DNA of 64,000 nt from an uncultured Heliomicrobium sp. (GCA_964570175.1 CAZMXG010000007.1:2109-66108); one strand, 5' to 3'; positions 22,069-33,754 are shown, counted from the first letter of the stretch. Translations and numbers: made by a program. The notes: generated by a model from the sequence alone, not told the origin.

Positions 22069-22611
22069 ATGAATCCACAAGCGGTCAAAATCAGTAAATT
22101 TCTCAGTCTCGTGTTGCGCCACGAGCCAGAAAGAATCGGCATAGCGCTCGATGCGGCTGGCTGGACTTCAGTGAATGAATTGTTGGCGGCTTGCCGCGCG
22201 CACGGAAATTCAATCTCGCTGGAACAACTTCAAGAGGTTGTTGCCGATAATGACAAGAAACGGTTTTCGTTTAGCGAGGACGGCAGTTTGATTCGTGCCA
22301 GTCAAGGGCATTCGGTCGAAGTCGAACTAGGTTACGAAACAGCAATACCGCCTGCCAAACTTTTTCATGGCACAGCAGAACGGTTTTTGGCATCAATCAA
22401 AGAACAAGGCTTACTCAAAAGACAGCGTCATCACGTGCATTTGTCCGCCGACATCGAAACGGCAACCAACGTCGGTCAGCGGCACGGCAAGCCAGCCGTT
22501 CTTCAGGTAGAATCTGAAAAAATGCAGCAAGACGGTTTTATCTTTTATCTTTCAACAAATGGAGTCTGGTTGACGGAACATGTGCCTGTTCCTTACCTGG
22601 TGTTTTTATGA
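22069..22611 (+). CDS. kptA: RNA 2'-phosphotransferase (Tpt1/KptA family)
   Basis: [26 protein letters not shown] and [16 protein letters not shown] are conserved KptA motifs. 180 aa. Stop overlaps asnS by 4 bp. Confidence 0.8.
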   Translation: MNPQAVKISKFLSLVLRHEPERIGIALDAAGWTSVNELLAACRAHGNSISLEQLQEVVADNDKKRFSFSEDGSLIRASQGHSVEVELGYETAIPPAKLFHGTAERFLASIKEQGLLKRQRHHVHLSADIETATNVGQRHGKPAVLQVESEKMQQDGFIFYLSTNGVWLTEHVPVPYLVFL

Positions 22612-23921
22612 AGCAAACATATATCTCTGACATTTCAAAACATCTCGGCGAAGAGATCACGATCAAAGGCTGGCTGTACAACAAACGTTCCAGCGGAAAG
22701 CTGGGCTTTCTGGAAGTGCGCGACGGTTCCGGCATTATTCAAGGCGTCGTGTCCAAAAAAGACGTCAGCGAGCAAACCTGGGAAAGCACGGAAAAGGTGA
22801 CGCAGGAATCTTCAATCATAGTCACCGGCGTCCCGCGCGAGCATCCGAAAAAGCCGGGCGTGTATGAAATGGACCTGAAGACAGTTGAGATCGTCAACCT
22901 GACCGAAGAGTATCCAATCACGCCGAAAGAACACGGCGTCGAATTTTTGATGGATCATCGCCATTTGTGGCTGCGGTCGCGCAGACAGCACGCCATCCTG
23001 AAAGTTCGCCACACGATCATCAAATCCGTTCGCGACTTTTTTGACAACAACGGCTTCACGCTTTGCGACACGCCAATTTTCACGCCTGCGGCCTGCGAAG
23101 GCACTTCGACGTTGTTTGAAGTTGATTACTTCGATGACGAAAAAGCGTATCTGTCGCAATCCGGCCAGCTTTACAACGAAGCGACTGCGGCTGCGTTTGG
23201 CAAAGTCTATTGTTTCGGGCCCACCTTCCGCGCCGAAAAATCAAAAACCCGTCGTCATCTGACCGAATTCTGGATGGTTGAACCGGAAGTTGCCTATGCC
23301 AAGCTGGACGACGTGATGGAACTGGCGGAAAACTTCATCAGCTATATTGTCAGCCGTGTGCTGGAAACAAGGCAGGAAGAGTTGAAGGTGCTGGAACGCG
23401 ACATTTCAAAGCTGGAAGCCATCGTGCCGCCCTTCCCTCGCCTGCAATACGACGATGCGGCAAAAATGCTCCAACAGGCGCACGCCGAAGGAAAACTGGA
23501 AAACCGGTTTGAATGGGGCGGCGATCTTGGCGCGCCGGATGAAACCTATATTTCTTCGCAATACGACAAACCCGTGATGGTGCATCGTTACCCGGCAGAA
23601 GTGAAGGCCTTTTACATGGAACCTGACCCACAACGTGCTGACCTGGCTTTGTGCGTGGACGTGCTGGCGCCGGAAGGGTACGGCGAAGTCATCGGTGGTG
23701 GCGAACGTATGTCTTCACACGAATTGCTGCTGCAAAGAATTCATGAACACAAACTGCCGCCAGAAGCCTTCGACTGGTATCTGGATTTGCGAAAGTACGG
23801 CAGCGTTCCGCACGGCGGGTTCGGCATGGGAATCGAACGGTGTGTGACATGGCTCTGCGGCATTGAGCATGTGCGCGAAACCATTCCCTTCCCGCGAATG
23901 TTGTATCGGTTGAAACCATAA
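22608..23921 (+). CDS. asnS: Asparagine--tRNA ligase (class II aaRS)
   Basis: N-terminal OB anticodon-binding domain. Motif 2 [21 protein letters not shown] and motif 3 [11 protein letters not shown]. 437 aa, AsnRS-type. Confidence 0.85.
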   Translation: MKQTYISDISKHLGEEITIKGWLYNKRSSGKLGFLEVRDGSGIIQGVVSKKDVSEQTWESTEKVTQESSIIVTGVPREHPKKPGVYEMDLKTVEIVNLTEEYPITPKEHGVEFLMDHRHLWLRSRRQHAILKVRHTIIKSVRDFFDNNGFTLCDTPIFTPAACEGTSTLFEVDYFDDEKAYLSQSGQLYNEATAAAFGKVYCFGPTFRAEKSKTRRHLTEFWMVEPEVAYAKLDDVMELAENFISYIVSRVLETRQEELKVLERDISKLEAIVPPFPRLQYDDAAKMLQQAHAEGKLENRFEWGGDLGAPDETYISSQYDKPVMVHRYPAEVKAFYMEPDPQRADLALCVDVLAPEGYGEVIGGGERMSSHELLLQRIHEHKLPPEAFDWYLDLRKYGSVPHGGFGMGIERCVTWLCGIEHVRETIPFPRMLYRLKP

Positions 23922-24045
23922 AGTTTTGCCACAAAGATTTAAGCGCTGCCTTCAGGCGAATGGATTGACCCACAGAGTGTGCCTGAAGGCAGGCGTAAAC
24001 CGTATTCTTGCTCCCCTTGATCTTCCCCCAGAGGATCATTGCCCC

Positions 24046-24807
24046 ATGGCTGTAAAAAAAGAAGACTCACTATTGCTGGGTTCGCAGCAAGTTTCAAACA
24101 ACGAATCACCGGCGAATCCGGTAAGTCCCACAAAGAAAGCTGTGATCATTGATACCTGGCTCAGCCAGTTTGAGCAGCGTATCGCGCGGGATTTCCAGCG
24201 GCGCACGGGGCTGGATTACAAAACAACCATTGCCCAAATCATTGAAGCCGCTGAGCCGTTTCCCGGCATGCGCGTGCTGGATGCACCGACCGGAACGGGA
24301 ATTCTGGCCCGGCAGTTTGTGGGCAAAATTGGCCAGGATGGAAAGATTATCGGCGTTGATGAAACGCACGAAAAAGTCGAAGAAGCACGACTAGCTGCGC
24401 AATCAGCGAAAGCAAGCTCGAAAACTGAATGGCGCATGATGCCGCTTTCTCATCTCAAGTTTGATAACAACAGTTTTGATCTGGTCACGTCCGGAATGGC
24501 GTTTCATCGTTTGGACGGTGCGCGCTATTTGAAAGAGATTCATAGAGTCCTGGTTCCGGGTGGGCGACTGTTGATTGCGGATGAACTGGCGCCGAAAATC
24601 ACTCCTCACTCTTTGCTGCAATCGGTCAGGCGAAACTATTACCGTTATATTGCGCGGGATAACGCGGAAGCTGATGCGCATTTTCCTTCCAGCGAAGAAA
24701 TGACGCGAATGATGCATGAAGCTGGTTTCAGTCAGATTGTGTTTCGCGCTTTGCGCCAGCGCAGCAAATATGATCGCGTCTTCACATTGGTCAAAGCTGT
24801 AAAGTGA
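24046..24807 (+). CDS. Class I SAM-dependent methyltransferase (Methyltransf_11-like)
   Basis: VLDAPTGTGILARQFV is SAM-binding motif I, with VPGGRLLIAD downstream. ATG at 24046 preferred over the upstream ORF extension. Confidence 0.65.
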   Translation: MAVKKEDSLLLGSQQVSNNESPANPVSPTKKAVIIDTWLSQFEQRIARDFQRRTGLDYKTTIAQIIEAAEPFPGMRVLDAPTGTGILARQFVGKIGQDGKIIGVDETHEKVEEARLAAQSAKASSKTEWRMMPLSHLKFDNNSFDLVTSGMAFHRLDGARYLKEIHRVLVPGGRLLIADELAPKITPHSLLQSVRRNYYRYIARDNAEADAHFPSSEEMTRMMHEAGFSQIVFRALRQRSKYDRVFTLVKAVK

Positions 24808-24820
24808 TTGAGGTAAAAGC

Positions 24821-25738
24821 ATGAATCTGCAAAAAAAGGTAACGATTATCGGAGTGCTGATGGATTTGGGCGCTGATCGGCGAGGTGTTGATATGGGTCC
24901 TTCGGCAATTCGTGTCGCAGGCTTGAATGAGCGATTGGCAACGCTTGGTTACGAAGTCACGGACGCAGGCAATATCCTGGTTCGCAACCCTGAAATGCTG
25001 CCAATCAGCGACGGCAAAGCAAAGTATCTGCCTGAGATTGCTGCCGCTTGCCAAAAGCTTGCCGATCAAGTCGAAACTGCGCTGGAAACCGGTTCGACAC
25101 CGATTGTGTTGGGCGGCGATCATTCCATTGCTATCGGCAGTGTCGGCGGACTTTCGGCTTTTCATCATAAACAGGACAAGCGCGTTGGCGTAATTTGGTT
25201 TGACGCTCACGGTGACATGAACACTCCAGACACTTCTCCATCGGGAAACATTCACGGAATGCCCTTCGCGGCTATTTTGGGCAAAGGCGCAAAAGAATTG
25301 ACGAAAATCAGCGGCTTCGCGCCAAAAGTTTATCCCGAAGATTGTGTGCTGATCGGCGCGCGCAGCGTTGACCCCGACGAAGCCATCGCGCTGAAAGCGT
25401 CGGGCATTCGGGTTGTCACCATGCGCGAATTGGATGAACGCGGAATGAGCGCGGTAATGGATGAAGCAATGTGGCTGGCTTCGCGGAGGACTGCGGGTTT
25501 TCACGTTACGATGGATATGGATTTCGTGGATCCTGACTTCGCGCCCGGCGTTGGCACTCCGGTTCCGGGTGGCCCGACGTATCGCGAAAGCCACCTGGCA
25601 ATGGAAAAGGTCGCCGATTCGGGCAAGATGCTTTCGTTCGAGTTGACTGAAGTCAATCCGGTGCTGGATGTCTCAAACAAAACGGCTGAACTTGGCGTGC
25701 AACTAATCCTGTCGGCATTCGGCAAAAAAATTATGTGA
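24821..25738 (+). CDS. Arginase/agmatinase/formiminoglutamase (ureohydrolase) family protein, arginase-like
   Basis: Mn-binding motifs [35 protein letters not shown]. 305 aa. Confidence 0.75.
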   Translation: MNLQKKVTIIGVLMDLGADRRGVDMGPSAIRVAGLNERLATLGYEVTDAGNILVRNPEMLPISDGKAKYLPEIAAACQKLADQVETALETGSTPIVLGGDHSIAIGSVGGLSAFHHKQDKRVGVIWFDAHGDMNTPDTSPSGNIHGMPFAAILGKGAKELTKISGFAPKVYPEDCVLIGARSVDPDEAIALKASGIRVVTMRELDERGMSAVMDEAMWLASRRTAGFHVTMDMDFVDPDFAPGVGTPVPGGPTYRESHLAMEKVADSGKMLSFELTEVNPVLDVSNKTAELGVQLILSAFGKKIM

Positions 25739-25850
25739 TCCGGGTACGCATTGCTTCCAGCGTGCGAGACTTGGCGGTTCGTCTATTGCTTCCGAAGGCG
25801 CGATTTGCCGAGATGCGCGCTGGAAGCTGCGTGCACCCAGAGGAGACGGT

Positions 25851-26960
25851 TTGGAAAACAAGCTTAGGGTTGGAGTCATTTTCGGAGGGCGTTCGGGCGA
25901 ACACGAAGTTTCGTTGCGCTCAGCGGAATCCATCATCAACGCGCTGGACCGCGAAAAATACGAAGTTGTGCCGATTGCCATCACCAAAGCGGGCAAGTGG
26001 CTGGCTTCCAGCGAAGCAACAAACTTACTGCCCAGCGCGGTGATGACAAGCGCCGACCAGCACGTGGCCATCTTTGGTGATCCGACTGAAAAAGGCTTGG
26101 CGCGCTTCGATGGCCAAAACGAAACTGGCAAGCGCGATACACTGGACGTGATCTTTCCTGTGCTGCATGGAACGTATGGCGAAGACGGCACAATTCAGGG
26201 TTTGTTGGAAATGGCCGATGTGCCGTATGTCGGTTGCGGCGTTCTGGGCTCAGCCGCCGGAATGGACAAAGTGGTCATGAAGCGGCTGTTTCGCGAAGCC
26301 GGGTTGCCCATCGTCGAATTCGTTCACTTTCTGCGTTCACAATGGGAAGCCGATCCTCTATTGGTTGAATTGCGCGTGGCTGAAGAAATCGGATTTCCCT
26401 GCTTCGTCAAACCCGCCAACCTGGGTTCTTCGGTCGGAATTTCTAAAGCGACGGATGCCAAAAGCTTGAATGCAGCAATTGCCCTTGCCGCAAAATATGA
26501 CCGCAAAATTGTCGTTGAACGCGGCGTGGATGCGCGCGAAATTGAAGTTAGTGTTCTGGGTAACGATCAGCCACAAGCCAGCCTGCCCGGAGAAATCGTG
26601 CCGCAATCCGCCGATTTTTACGATTACCAGGCGAAATACATCAGCGCCGATGGTGCGCGATTGGAAATTCCCGCGAACCTGAGCGAAGCGCAAACAGCCG
26701 AAATTCAGCAATTGGCGGTTCGGGCATTCCAGGCGATTGACGGTTCAGGACTAGGCCGCGTAGATTTTTTCCTCGAAAAAGAAACCGGCAAGTTGCTGTT
26801 GAATGAAATTAACACCATGCCCGGTTTCACTTCGATCAGCATGTACCCAAAACTGTGGGAAGCCAGCGGACTTAATTATGGCCAGTTGATTGACCGGTTG
26901 ATTGAACTCGCCTTTGAACGTCACCGCGAAAAATCACGCAATGTGACCAGCTTCGGCTGA
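25851..26960 (+). CDS. ddl: D-alanine--D-alanine ligase
   Basis: [20 protein letters not shown]-terminus. ATP-grasp motifs ([24 protein letters not shown]). 369 aa. Confidence 0.85.
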   Translation: MENKLRVGVIFGGRSGEHEVSLRSAESIINALDREKYEVVPIAITKAGKWLASSEATNLLPSAVMTSADQHVAIFGDPTEKGLARFDGQNETGKRDTLDVIFPVLHGTYGEDGTIQGLLEMADVPYVGCGVLGSAAGMDKVVMKRLFREAGLPIVEFVHFLRSQWEADPLLVELRVAEEIGFPCFVKPANLGSSVGISKATDAKSLNAAIALAAKYDRKIVVERGVDAREIEVSVLGNDQPQASLPGEIVPQSADFYDYQAKYISADGARLEIPANLSEAQTAEIQQLAVRAFQAIDGSGLGRVDFFLEKETGKLLLNEINTMPGFTSISMYPKLWEASGLNYGQLIDRLIELAFERHREKSRNVTSFG

Positions 26961-26981
26961 GCTTTGGGGCGAGCAAGTTGG

Positions 26982-27020
26982 AAAAAGAAAAGGCGGCATT
27001 GAATGCCGCCTTTTCTTTTT
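26982..27020. terminator. Bidirectional rho-independent terminator
   Basis: AAAAGAAAAGGCGGCATTGAATGCCGCCTTTTCTTTT is a perfect hairpin flanked by A/T runs, between convergent ddl and the FecR-like gene. Confidence 0.6.
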
Positions 27021-27036
27021 GATTTCCGGTTCAAAC

Positions 27037-29118
27037 CTAGTTGCTGGGTTTGATCGGGCGTGGTGGTGGCGCTTCGCGCGAAGGTGGCGAAGATGGTTTG
27101 TCCGGCGCACGTTCGCTTCTGGATGGAGCCGATTCACGCGACGGCGGCGGCGACGAAGGCCGTTCCGGCGCGCGTTCGCTTCTGGACGGAGCCGATTCTC
27201 GCGAAGGCGGCGGCGATGAAGGCCGTTCAACCGGACGCGATGGTGGCGGATCGTACCGTCGCGGAGCTTCACTGCGCGAAGGCGGTTCGCTTTGCCGAGG
27301 CGTTTCGATGCGTGACGGACGATCCGCATCGCGGTTCACTTCGCGGTTTGGTGTCGAACGCGGCGTATCAACAGAATCGCGTGACGGATTGCTGCGCTCG
27401 CTTTCCGGCAAACTGCGCGTAGGAGCCGGAATACGGTCAACAGTTCTGTATTCGCTTTCACGCGGTTGACGGTCAGGGCGAACGATCTGCCCATCCTGAA
27501 TCCGGCTTGGCGATGCAGAATTACCGTCTGCGTTGCGAATCGGAGCGCTTCGATCCGGCGACACAGTCCCCCGACCATCACGAGATGGAAGCCCGCCGAC
27601 TTCTGCTCTGCCCGGAACACCCGTGCGATCCAATCCCGGCACCGGGCGGCGTTCAATCACAGGAGCTTCCAGCCGACGAGCAATTTCAGTTCGTTCGACT
27701 TTCAGTTCGCGCGTCGGCGCAGCCTGCACAGGTTTGAACTCTTCGCCGCGCAACATAGTCGGCGTAGAGGGATCTGCTGGCTGACCACCTCCGCGAGGCG
27801 GAGCAGGCGGCAAAATAATTTCATTTGGCGCTTTGATGTCATTTTGCGTGACGATCACTCGCCCGTTATCGAACTTGCGGCCATCCATGACGCTGACTCC
27901 GCCTGGAGCATTGTAATTATCCAGCGAACGCGCATTGATGATGGTCGTGTTGTTGACGATTGTGGTGGAACCTCGGCCGCCGTAATACCTGTCGCGCGGG
28001 CCCAATGGACACCAGCCGTACCAACCATATCGCCCGTCGCGATACCCGTCACGATAGCCCTGGTTGTAACCGCTGCCCCAGCCAAAAAACGCGACTTGAT
28101 GCGGTGCCCAGCCCCAGCCCACTGAAACGGTCGGCACCCAGCACCAACGGCTGCGATACCAGGCCCAGCGCCCGTAATGATAGGGAACCCATCCCCAAGG
28201 TTCGTACGAAACCCAGGTCCAGCCCCAGCCGGAATAGTGCCGCCAGTAACCGGCTCGGTAAGGTGCCCAGCCAACGGCTACGCTACGAGGCGACCAGACC
28301 CAACCGTAATCAGGGGATTCATACCATTCACCGTAAGCGTCCAGATCATAAACGCCAGGAACGGCCACAGGAATGTAACGCGCACTGCGGGAATTTTCGG
28401 CCCGCGAAGACAGATCATCATCGCGGCGGTCATTCCAACGATCCCAATCGTCTTTGTCATCCAGCCGTGCAATCTGGAAGTAATTGGCATCTCGCCCATC
28501 AACAACAATACGGCGGCCTTGTTTAACCGTCACTGCGCCAATATCACGGTTGTAAACTTCAGCCTGTCCGCGCCGGACGATCACTTCGGTGGTTCCGTCA
28601 TCCTGCACATTGATGCGGTAGCTGCCTTCTTTCAAAAACGTGACGGCGACAATCGGCGTATCGACTTCAAAATAGACCGGATCGTTTTTTCCCAGATCGT
28701 TCGCGTCAACAACACTGAATTGACGCCGATCCAAGCTGTCTACGCGAAACGTCGCATTTCCGACTGGCAAGGCAAATTGAATTGTTCCGTTGTTGAATTG
28801 TGAAAACCGCAGATTGGAATTGCGGTCAATGCGGATCAGATTGCGTCCGCTAATTTGAATTTCAGCTCGACCGCCTGGGCCGCTATAAATCTGGTCACGT
28901 TCATTTAGTGGCAGATTCAAAGAAGCGTCATACCAGTTTTGGCCATCGCCGGTGCGCTGATAACTGACTTCACCTTCAATCAAGCTGATGCGGGCAACAC
29001 GTACAGCCTGGTCTTGCGCGACAACCAGCGTGAACAGGGAGGTCAGGAAACCGATCAAAAGTGCCGCACGCATCAGGCGGCGGCTTGCAAGCAATTCTGA
29101 AGCAGTGGGAAAGAGCAT
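27037..29118 (-). CDS. Secreted FecR-domain-like protein with Trp/Tyr/Gly-rich central region and Pro/Ser-rich repetitive C-terminal tail
   Basis: Signal or anchor helix. N-terminal [13 protein letters not shown]...[19 protein letters not shown] is FecR-like. Central segment dense in W/Y/G ([50 protein letters not shown]). About 250-aa low-complexity P/S/R/E tail ending in two 21-aa repeats. Confidence 0.5.
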   Translation of the reverse strand: MLFPTASELLASRRLMRAALLIGFLTSLFTLVVAQDQAVRVARISLIEGEVSYQRTGDGQNWYDASLNLPLNERDQIYSGPGGRAEIQISGRNLIRIDRNSNLRFSQFNNGTIQFALPVGNATFRVDSLDRRQFSVVDANDLGKNDPVYFEVDTPIVAVTFLKEGSYRINVQDDGTTEVIVRRGQAEVYNRDIGAVTVKQGRRIVVDGRDANYFQIARLDDKDDWDRWNDRRDDDLSSRAENSRSARYIPVAVPGVYDLDAYGEWYESPDYGWVWSPRSVAVGWAPYRAGYWRHYSGWGWTWVSYEPWGWVPYHYGRWAWYRSRWCWVPTVSVGWGWAPHQVAFFGWGSGYNQGYRDGYRDGRYGWYGWCPLGPRDRYYGGRGSTTIVNNTTIINARSLDNYNAPGGVSVMDGRKFDNGRVIVTQNDIKAPNEIILPPAPPRGGGQPADPSTPTMLRGEEFKPVQAAPTRELKVERTEIARRLEAPVIERRPVPGLDRTGVPGRAEVGGLPSRDGRGTVSPDRSAPIRNADGNSASPSRIQDGQIVRPDRQPRESEYRTVDRIPAPTRSLPESERSNPSRDSVDTPRSTPNREVNRDADRPSRIETPRQSEPPSRSEAPRRYDPPPSRPVERPSSPPPSRESAPSRSERAPERPSSPPPSRESAPSRSERAPDKPSSPPSREAPPPRPIKPSN
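27100..27230. repeat. Coding tandem repeat, 63-bp unit x2, encoding [18 protein letters not shown](E/D)(R/K)P
   Basis: Near-identical 63-nt units begin at about 27102 and 27165 on the + strand, inside the 3' end of the 27037..29118 gene. Confidence 0.7.
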
Positions 29119-29464
29119 CTTTTTCCTCCGCGCAAAATCGAGGTCTTTCGCCGAAACCTCGACAGTTTGTTTTCAATCTCTTCGGAAGATCGTTTGGGGT
29201 GAGCCGTTGTAACAGCAAGACTTATGCCTTGTTTTTGCCTTTTTGAGAAGCTGCTCTACCAATAATTTCAATCACTTCGGTGATAAGTTTATAACTGCGG
29301 GAAGGATTCTATACTAAATCGGTTAGCAGGACTGTATTTAGCTGACGGTTTCGTATAGCGCGAAACTTGAGAAAACGGTTGAACTTCAGGCTGAGCCGCG
29401 CTGATGGGAAAACTGGCCCAACCTGAAATTGAAAAATTCGCAGCAACCGGCAGATTCCCTGCCC

Positions 29465-30706
29465 TTATTTGATCGCCACGGTTACCGGATTGGCTTTTTG
29501 ATCATCCACCATCATCTGTACAGCGACTTCGCCAACACCACTTAATCGCCTGGGCAAACGCAGATTGATTTGATCCAAGCCGCTGAAGTCCGGCTGCGCG
29601 CCAACATAAACGACTTCTGCAATCAGATCGTTAATTCTGGCCTCGACCAGGGATGGATCGGCGTGCCGCAATCCCGTGCCGAATACGATCAGAAAAACTT
29701 GATCGGTTGGCGGGCCAAGATCAATTTCCGCCGGGACAAACTTGTTTTGCGCTGGATCAAAGCGCACAGCCGGTTCATAAGTTTGTGAACCATCGGCCTT
29801 GATCCGCAAAACAGCCGCAGCCGGAACCCCCTGTCCGTTGGCATTGGCTGTGAACAATCCGGGCGCAATCGTCAGAAGCTGAGTACGCTCCATTGCCACA
29901 TTTCCCAATGAATTGACGACCCTGACAGTCGCCAGTCCCGTCTCAACTCCCAAAGGAACCTGATAATTGACTTGGCCGGGAGAAACAAAAAACAGCGGCG
30001 CAAGCGATTCTCTCCCTGCCTCGTCTGTGATTCTCACCGTTGTTCCTGCCAGGGAAGTTGGCAACGGCAAGGTTTTGGCGATTTCCGTTGCCGTCGCCAG
30101 GTCATTGCCAAATGCCGTCACAATTGATTCATTGGCCAAGCCAGCACGTTGGTAATCTGCCGCGGAAACACTTGCCACAGAATTGCCGCAAACGGGCGGC
30201 GGGACTTCTTTGACCAGCCGCGATCCCCACGGACACCATTGATTGCCGGGAAGAAAGTGTCCGCCCGCTTCGTCCAGAAAGCTTTCCGTATACGCAATAC
30301 TTGCGTCGCAGACTTCAATCGCAGAAGCGAAAAATTCTATAGTTTGCGGATCCAGGTGATAACTCCACGGCGGGTTGTAACAAGCCGCTTCTTTGATGAT
30401 CTTTCCGGCGACATGCGGCATAGATTGATCTTTGCCGTTGATGATGTCGCGCGCTTTTTGGATTTTGACCGGATCGGTCAGTTTAATGGTGAACGTTTCT
30501 TTTCGCGGCTGGATGTCAATTAGGAAGTAAGCTTCTTCAGCAATGACATTCTGCCGCAAAGTTGAATTCAGTTTTGATGAGAGCACCTCTTTGCCTGACG
30601 ATGGCGCAATTACGCCCCACAACAGCGCCAGACACATCACAAACAGAGCAATGGATCGAATCTGTATTTTGAGTCTATTCATCATGTACTTCTCCTGATT
30701 CGTCAT
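29465..30706 (-). CDS. Secreted protein with Acidobacteria-type C-terminal domain (Soli_cterm-like), paralog of 3953..5212
   Basis: Signal peptide. C-terminal VTAFGNDLATATEIAKTLPLPTSLAGTTVRITDEAGRESLAPLFFVSPGQVNYQVPLG aligns with the C-terminus of the 3953..5212 protein. The N-terminal 200 aa is unrelated. Confidence 0.45.
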   Translation of the reverse strand: MTNQEKYMMNRLKIQIRSIALFVMCLALLWGVIAPSSGKEVLSSKLNSTLRQNVIAEEAYFLIDIQPRKETFTIKLTDPVKIQKARDIINGKDQSMPHVAGKIIKEAACYNPPWSYHLDPQTIEFFASAIEVCDASIAYTESFLDEAGGHFLPGNQWCPWGSRLVKEVPPPVCGNSVASVSAADYQRAGLANESIVTAFGNDLATATEIAKTLPLPTSLAGTTVRITDEAGRESLAPLFFVSPGQVNYQVPLGVETGLATVRVVNSLGNVAMERTQLLTIAPGLFTANANGQGVPAAAVLRIKADGSQTYEPAVRFDPAQNKFVPAEIDLGPPTDQVFLIVFGTGLRHADPSLVEARINDLIAEVVYVGAQPDFSGLDQINLRLPRRLSGVGEVAVQMMVDDQKANPVTVAIK

Positions 30707-30977
30707 CGAAGCAAAAGCGATGGTCAGACTCTCACTGACTACTGGGGAATGCTTATCCTTGCCTCGAATGCTTTAGCTTCACCGCTTTATTTTCGTGACC
30801 TGTAAACCCCATCAGTGCGGCTTCCGATGTTGGCAGGCGATTCCAGGCTGCTCTGCTGTGTATTTCCAAAGAGCAGTTTGAAGCCTTTCCTTCGATCTTT
30901 TGCCATCAACATCCAACACGATTGATCTTTGCCGCAAAAGTTTGATGGCCGCAACACGATGTGATTGGCGCTTATGT

Positions 30978-31922
30978 TCAATGTGTAAGCTTCCCGACAA
31001 AAGCCGTTAAATCCGCCGCAAATCGTTCTGGTTCTTCCCAGTGAGGCGCATGCCCTGTGCCGGAATAAACCAAAAGCGTTGTTCCTTTGATCGCCGTTGT
31101 CAGAACGTCTTGATCCTTCCGGGAACAAAACAAATCCTGATCGCCCCAAACAATCTGCGTCGGCAATTTGATGTGACTGAATTCCGATGAAAAATCCGTT
31201 TCCATCAATCCCGCTATCACAGAACGCCAGACACGCGCGGGAACTTTTGCACTCTCTTGCACGGCAGCATCCAGAAACCTCGCAGGGATGGGTTTATGCA
31301 AGGTGCTCTGTTGAAACTCCCGCACAAACTTGAAATCAACCGGGTCAGCCATTTTGCTGATTGTCGTATCCCACAGCTCTTTTACTCCCGCGTGGCCGTG
31401 AACCGTTTTGAACGCCCCAACCAGCAATAATCCCGATGCGCGTTCGGGATGATCCAGCACGAACCGCAGCGCAATCTGACTGCCCATCGAATGCCCGACA
31501 ATTGCCGCACGCTTCAGTTTCAGCGCGTCCATAAACGCCACCACGTCGGCTGAAAAATCGCTTGGGCGATAACCGGACGCTGGACGTTCGGAATCCCCAT
31601 GTCCACGTTGCGACAATGCGAACGCATGAATGTTTTTTGGCAAATGCGGCAGCACCAGTTCAAACGACCGCCATGAATCCGTGTATCCGTGCAGTAGGAT
31701 TACCGGAATGCCTGTCGCATCACCCTGCTCGACATATTGCAGCTTCACCCCTGTGCGAAGCGTGACGGATTTGACCGAAGGCTCCTTTCGGTCCTTGAAG
31801 GCTTTGGCTAATCGAATGCTGCCGGTTTCAGGCAACATAGGTTTCTGTTGTGCCGATACGCCAGAAACCAGCAGTAGCAAAACATAGGTAACGACAAATC
31901 TGATTTTCATAGGTTTCCTCAC
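30978..31922 (-). CDS. Secreted alpha/beta hydrolase
   Basis: Signal peptide. HGYTDSW (HGxxxS oxyanion region), nucleophile elbow GHSMGS, and a C-terminal His region. Confidence 0.7.
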   Translation of the reverse strand: MRKPMKIRFVVTYVLLLLVSGVSAQQKPMLPETGSIRLAKAFKDRKEPSVKSVTLRTGVKLQYVEQGDATGIPVILLHGYTDSWRSFELVLPHLPKNIHAFALSQRGHGDSERPASGYRPSDFSADVVAFMDALKLKRAAIVGHSMGSQIALRFVLDHPERASGLLLVGAFKTVHGHAGVKELWDTTISKMADPVDFKFVREFQQSTLHKPIPARFLDAAVQESAKVPARVWRSVIAGLMETDFSSEFSHIKLPTQIVWGDQDLFCSRKDQDVLTTAIKGTTLLVYSGTGHAPHWEEPERFAADLTAFVGKLTH

Positions 31923-32052
31923 ATACCCGTAAATTGCAGAATGCGTCCTTACTGCGTGCGGGCTTCTGCATAATCCTGTCTAACCAGATAGAAGCCGTGA
32001 TTGCTTGATCAGCAAGCACAGCTCCTGTTATTTGTGGCTCTCAAACGACCGG

Positions 32053-32619
32053 TTATGGTTTTGGCCTTGGCACTGGCCTGACCACAATCCGCTCTTTTTT
32101 CTTCAAGCCATCTTTGATGTCCTCAAAATCGGGCCGAGGTTTCGGAGTTGGAGCAGGTGCCGCTTGATTGGGCAACGGATTGAAGCTTGCCTGCTTGCGA
32201 ATCCCAATGGAAGATCGCGTTCCGTTATGAACAACCCGGACGATCAGGCTAACATCCGCCGAAACACGTGACGGGCCGCCAAACATCTTTTCGCGAGCTT
32301 CGTTCGATATGCCCAGCAAGCCAACTGAAACCGAACTGCTGTTTGGATTTGGCGTTTGCACCACTTTTCCTGTTTGCCCGTTCCCGCTCAATGAAACATT
32401 CAGTTCATACCCTTCGATTCTGGCGCCGGGTTTTAGACCCGTCAGTGACCAGCTCACCTTCAGAAAACTCGGTGGGCTTTTCGCCCCGACAACCGAAATC
32501 TCTGTCAAACTGAATTTGGTATCGAATCCCTGAGCTGATAACCCGGCGGGAAAGCTATCGGCGACCATGATTACCGCCAGCAAAACTATCGCTTTTGAAA
32601 CAAATTTCTTGTGAATCAT
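32053..32619 (-). CDS. Hypothetical secreted protein (Ig/FN3-like beta-rich, Pro/Lys-rich C-terminus)
   Basis: Start set at MIHKKFVSKAIVLLAVIMV (signal peptide). No catalytic motifs. Confidence 0.3.
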   Translation of the reverse strand: MIHKKFVSKAIVLLAVIMVADSFPAGLSAQGFDTKFSLTEISVVGAKSPPSFLKVSWSLTGLKPGARIEGYELNVSLSGNGQTGKVVQTPNPNSSSVSVGLLGISNEAREKMFGGPSRVSADVSLIVRVVHNGTRSSIGIRKQASFNPLPNQAAPAPTPKPRPDFEDIKDGLKKKERIVVRPVPRPKP

Positions 32620-32659
32620 TCTTGAATCCTCCTTCTGCCTTGTTGAATACAGCCGCCAG

Positions 32660-33754
32660 TTACTGCTTCTTCGCAATGTAATAGTTGTTGATGATGTCGT
32701 GCGGAAGCCGTTTCACTTCGACATTTGCAAATCCGGCATCTGCCAACATTTGCTGCGCCAGTTCTTCCCCCCAAGCCGCGCCCAGACCAGCGCCCCCCTG
32801 TGCCAGCGAAACCGTCATGCAGTGCAGGCAGGAAACTGTGTACGTAAACGTTCCCAGCGGATTTTCCAGGTTTTTGTGAACGTGGCTTGAACCGCCAATG
32901 TCCTGCATCAGAAACACACCGTCTTCGTTCAACGCACCGAGAATTGCTTTCAACACCTTTGCCGGATTCGCCTGATCGTGAATCGCGTCAAACGCTGTAA
33001 TCAGGTCAAACCGAAGCTTGCCGCCGATTTCCGCAACATCTTTCATTTCAAAACTGATATTGGTCAGGCACTTTTGCTCCACTTCCAGATTTGCGGCGGC
33101 GATGGCTTCTTCTGAAAAGTCGTAACCCGTGAAGCTGCTGTTAGGGAATTTCGCTGCCATTTGAATCAATGCTTTGCCGCGCCCACAACCGACATCCAGG
33201 ACTTCAATTCCGTTGCGGAGTTTTTCCGTCAACCCCGACACTAGCGGCAAAATGTGATCAAATAATCCGGAAATGACTGTTTGCGCGCTTTCTTCAGCCA
33301 TCACTTCGTGGAAGCGCGGATAGGCTGAATACGGCACGCCGCCGCCGTTGCGGAAACATTCTATGATTTGATCTTCGACGCCAGCCAGAACCGGAATGAA
33401 TTGCGACGTGACCGCCAGGTTATTCGGCGAAGCCGCGCGCGTCAGAAAGGTTGCGTGTTCGGCTGGAAGCCGATATGTCGCGGTCGCATTGTCGTATTCG
33501 ACGATTCGCCCGGTCGCCATTGCTCCCAACCATTCGCGCACGTACCGTTCCTTCAAATTGGCGGCTGCGGCAATTTCCAAGCTTGTGGCAGGCGGCAACG
33601 TGCTCATTGCATCAAACAATCCTGTGCGATGTCCGATGCTGGTCATCAACGCCAGAGCCGCGTTGTTCAGCACGCCAACCATTTGTGCGGCAAATTGTTC
33701 CGCTCTTGCTTCATTTAAAGTTGCCTTCGCAGGCAAAGTTCCTGTTTGTGACAT
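32660..33754 (-). CDS. Class I SAM-dependent methyltransferase with N-terminal winged-helix/dimerisation domain (Rv2258c-like)
   Basis: [15 protein letters not shown] is motif I. DFSEEAI and [11 protein letters not shown] are post-I motifs. A 150-aa N-terminal helical domain precedes them. RBS GGAG upstream of the ATG at 33754. Confidence 0.65.
   Translation of the reverse strand: MSQTGTLPAKATLNEARAEQFAAQMVGVLNNAALALMTSIGHRTGLFDAMSTLPPATSLEIAAAANLKERYVREWLGAMATGRIVEYDNATATYRLPAEHATFLTRAASPNNLAVTSQFIPVLAGVEDQIIECFRNGGGVPYSAYPRFHEVMAEESAQTVISGLFDHILPLVSGLTEKLRNGIEVLDVGCGRGKALIQMAAKFPNSSFTGYDFSEEAIAAANLEVEQKCLTNISFEMKDVAEIGGKLRFDLITAFDAIHDQANPAKVLKAILGALNEDGVFLMQDIGGSSHVHKNLENPLGTFTYTVSCLHCMTVSLAQGGAGLGAAWGEELAQQMLADAGFANVEVKRLPHDIINNYYIAKKQ

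Noticed and set aside
27100-27230. Tandem repeat that could be mistaken for a CRISPR-like or minisatellite array
   Set aside because: There are only two 63-bp units with no spacers, in frame within a coding region. It is a protein-level tandem repeat, not a CRISPR array.
27041-28803. Several long plus-strand ORFs (27041..27469, 27466..28125, 27960..28526, 28177..28803), Arg/Pro-rich
   Set aside because: They lie antisense within the 27037..29118 gene. Their composition (Arg/Ala/Pro/Gly-rich, no motifs) is typical of shadow ORFs in GC-rich coding sequence.
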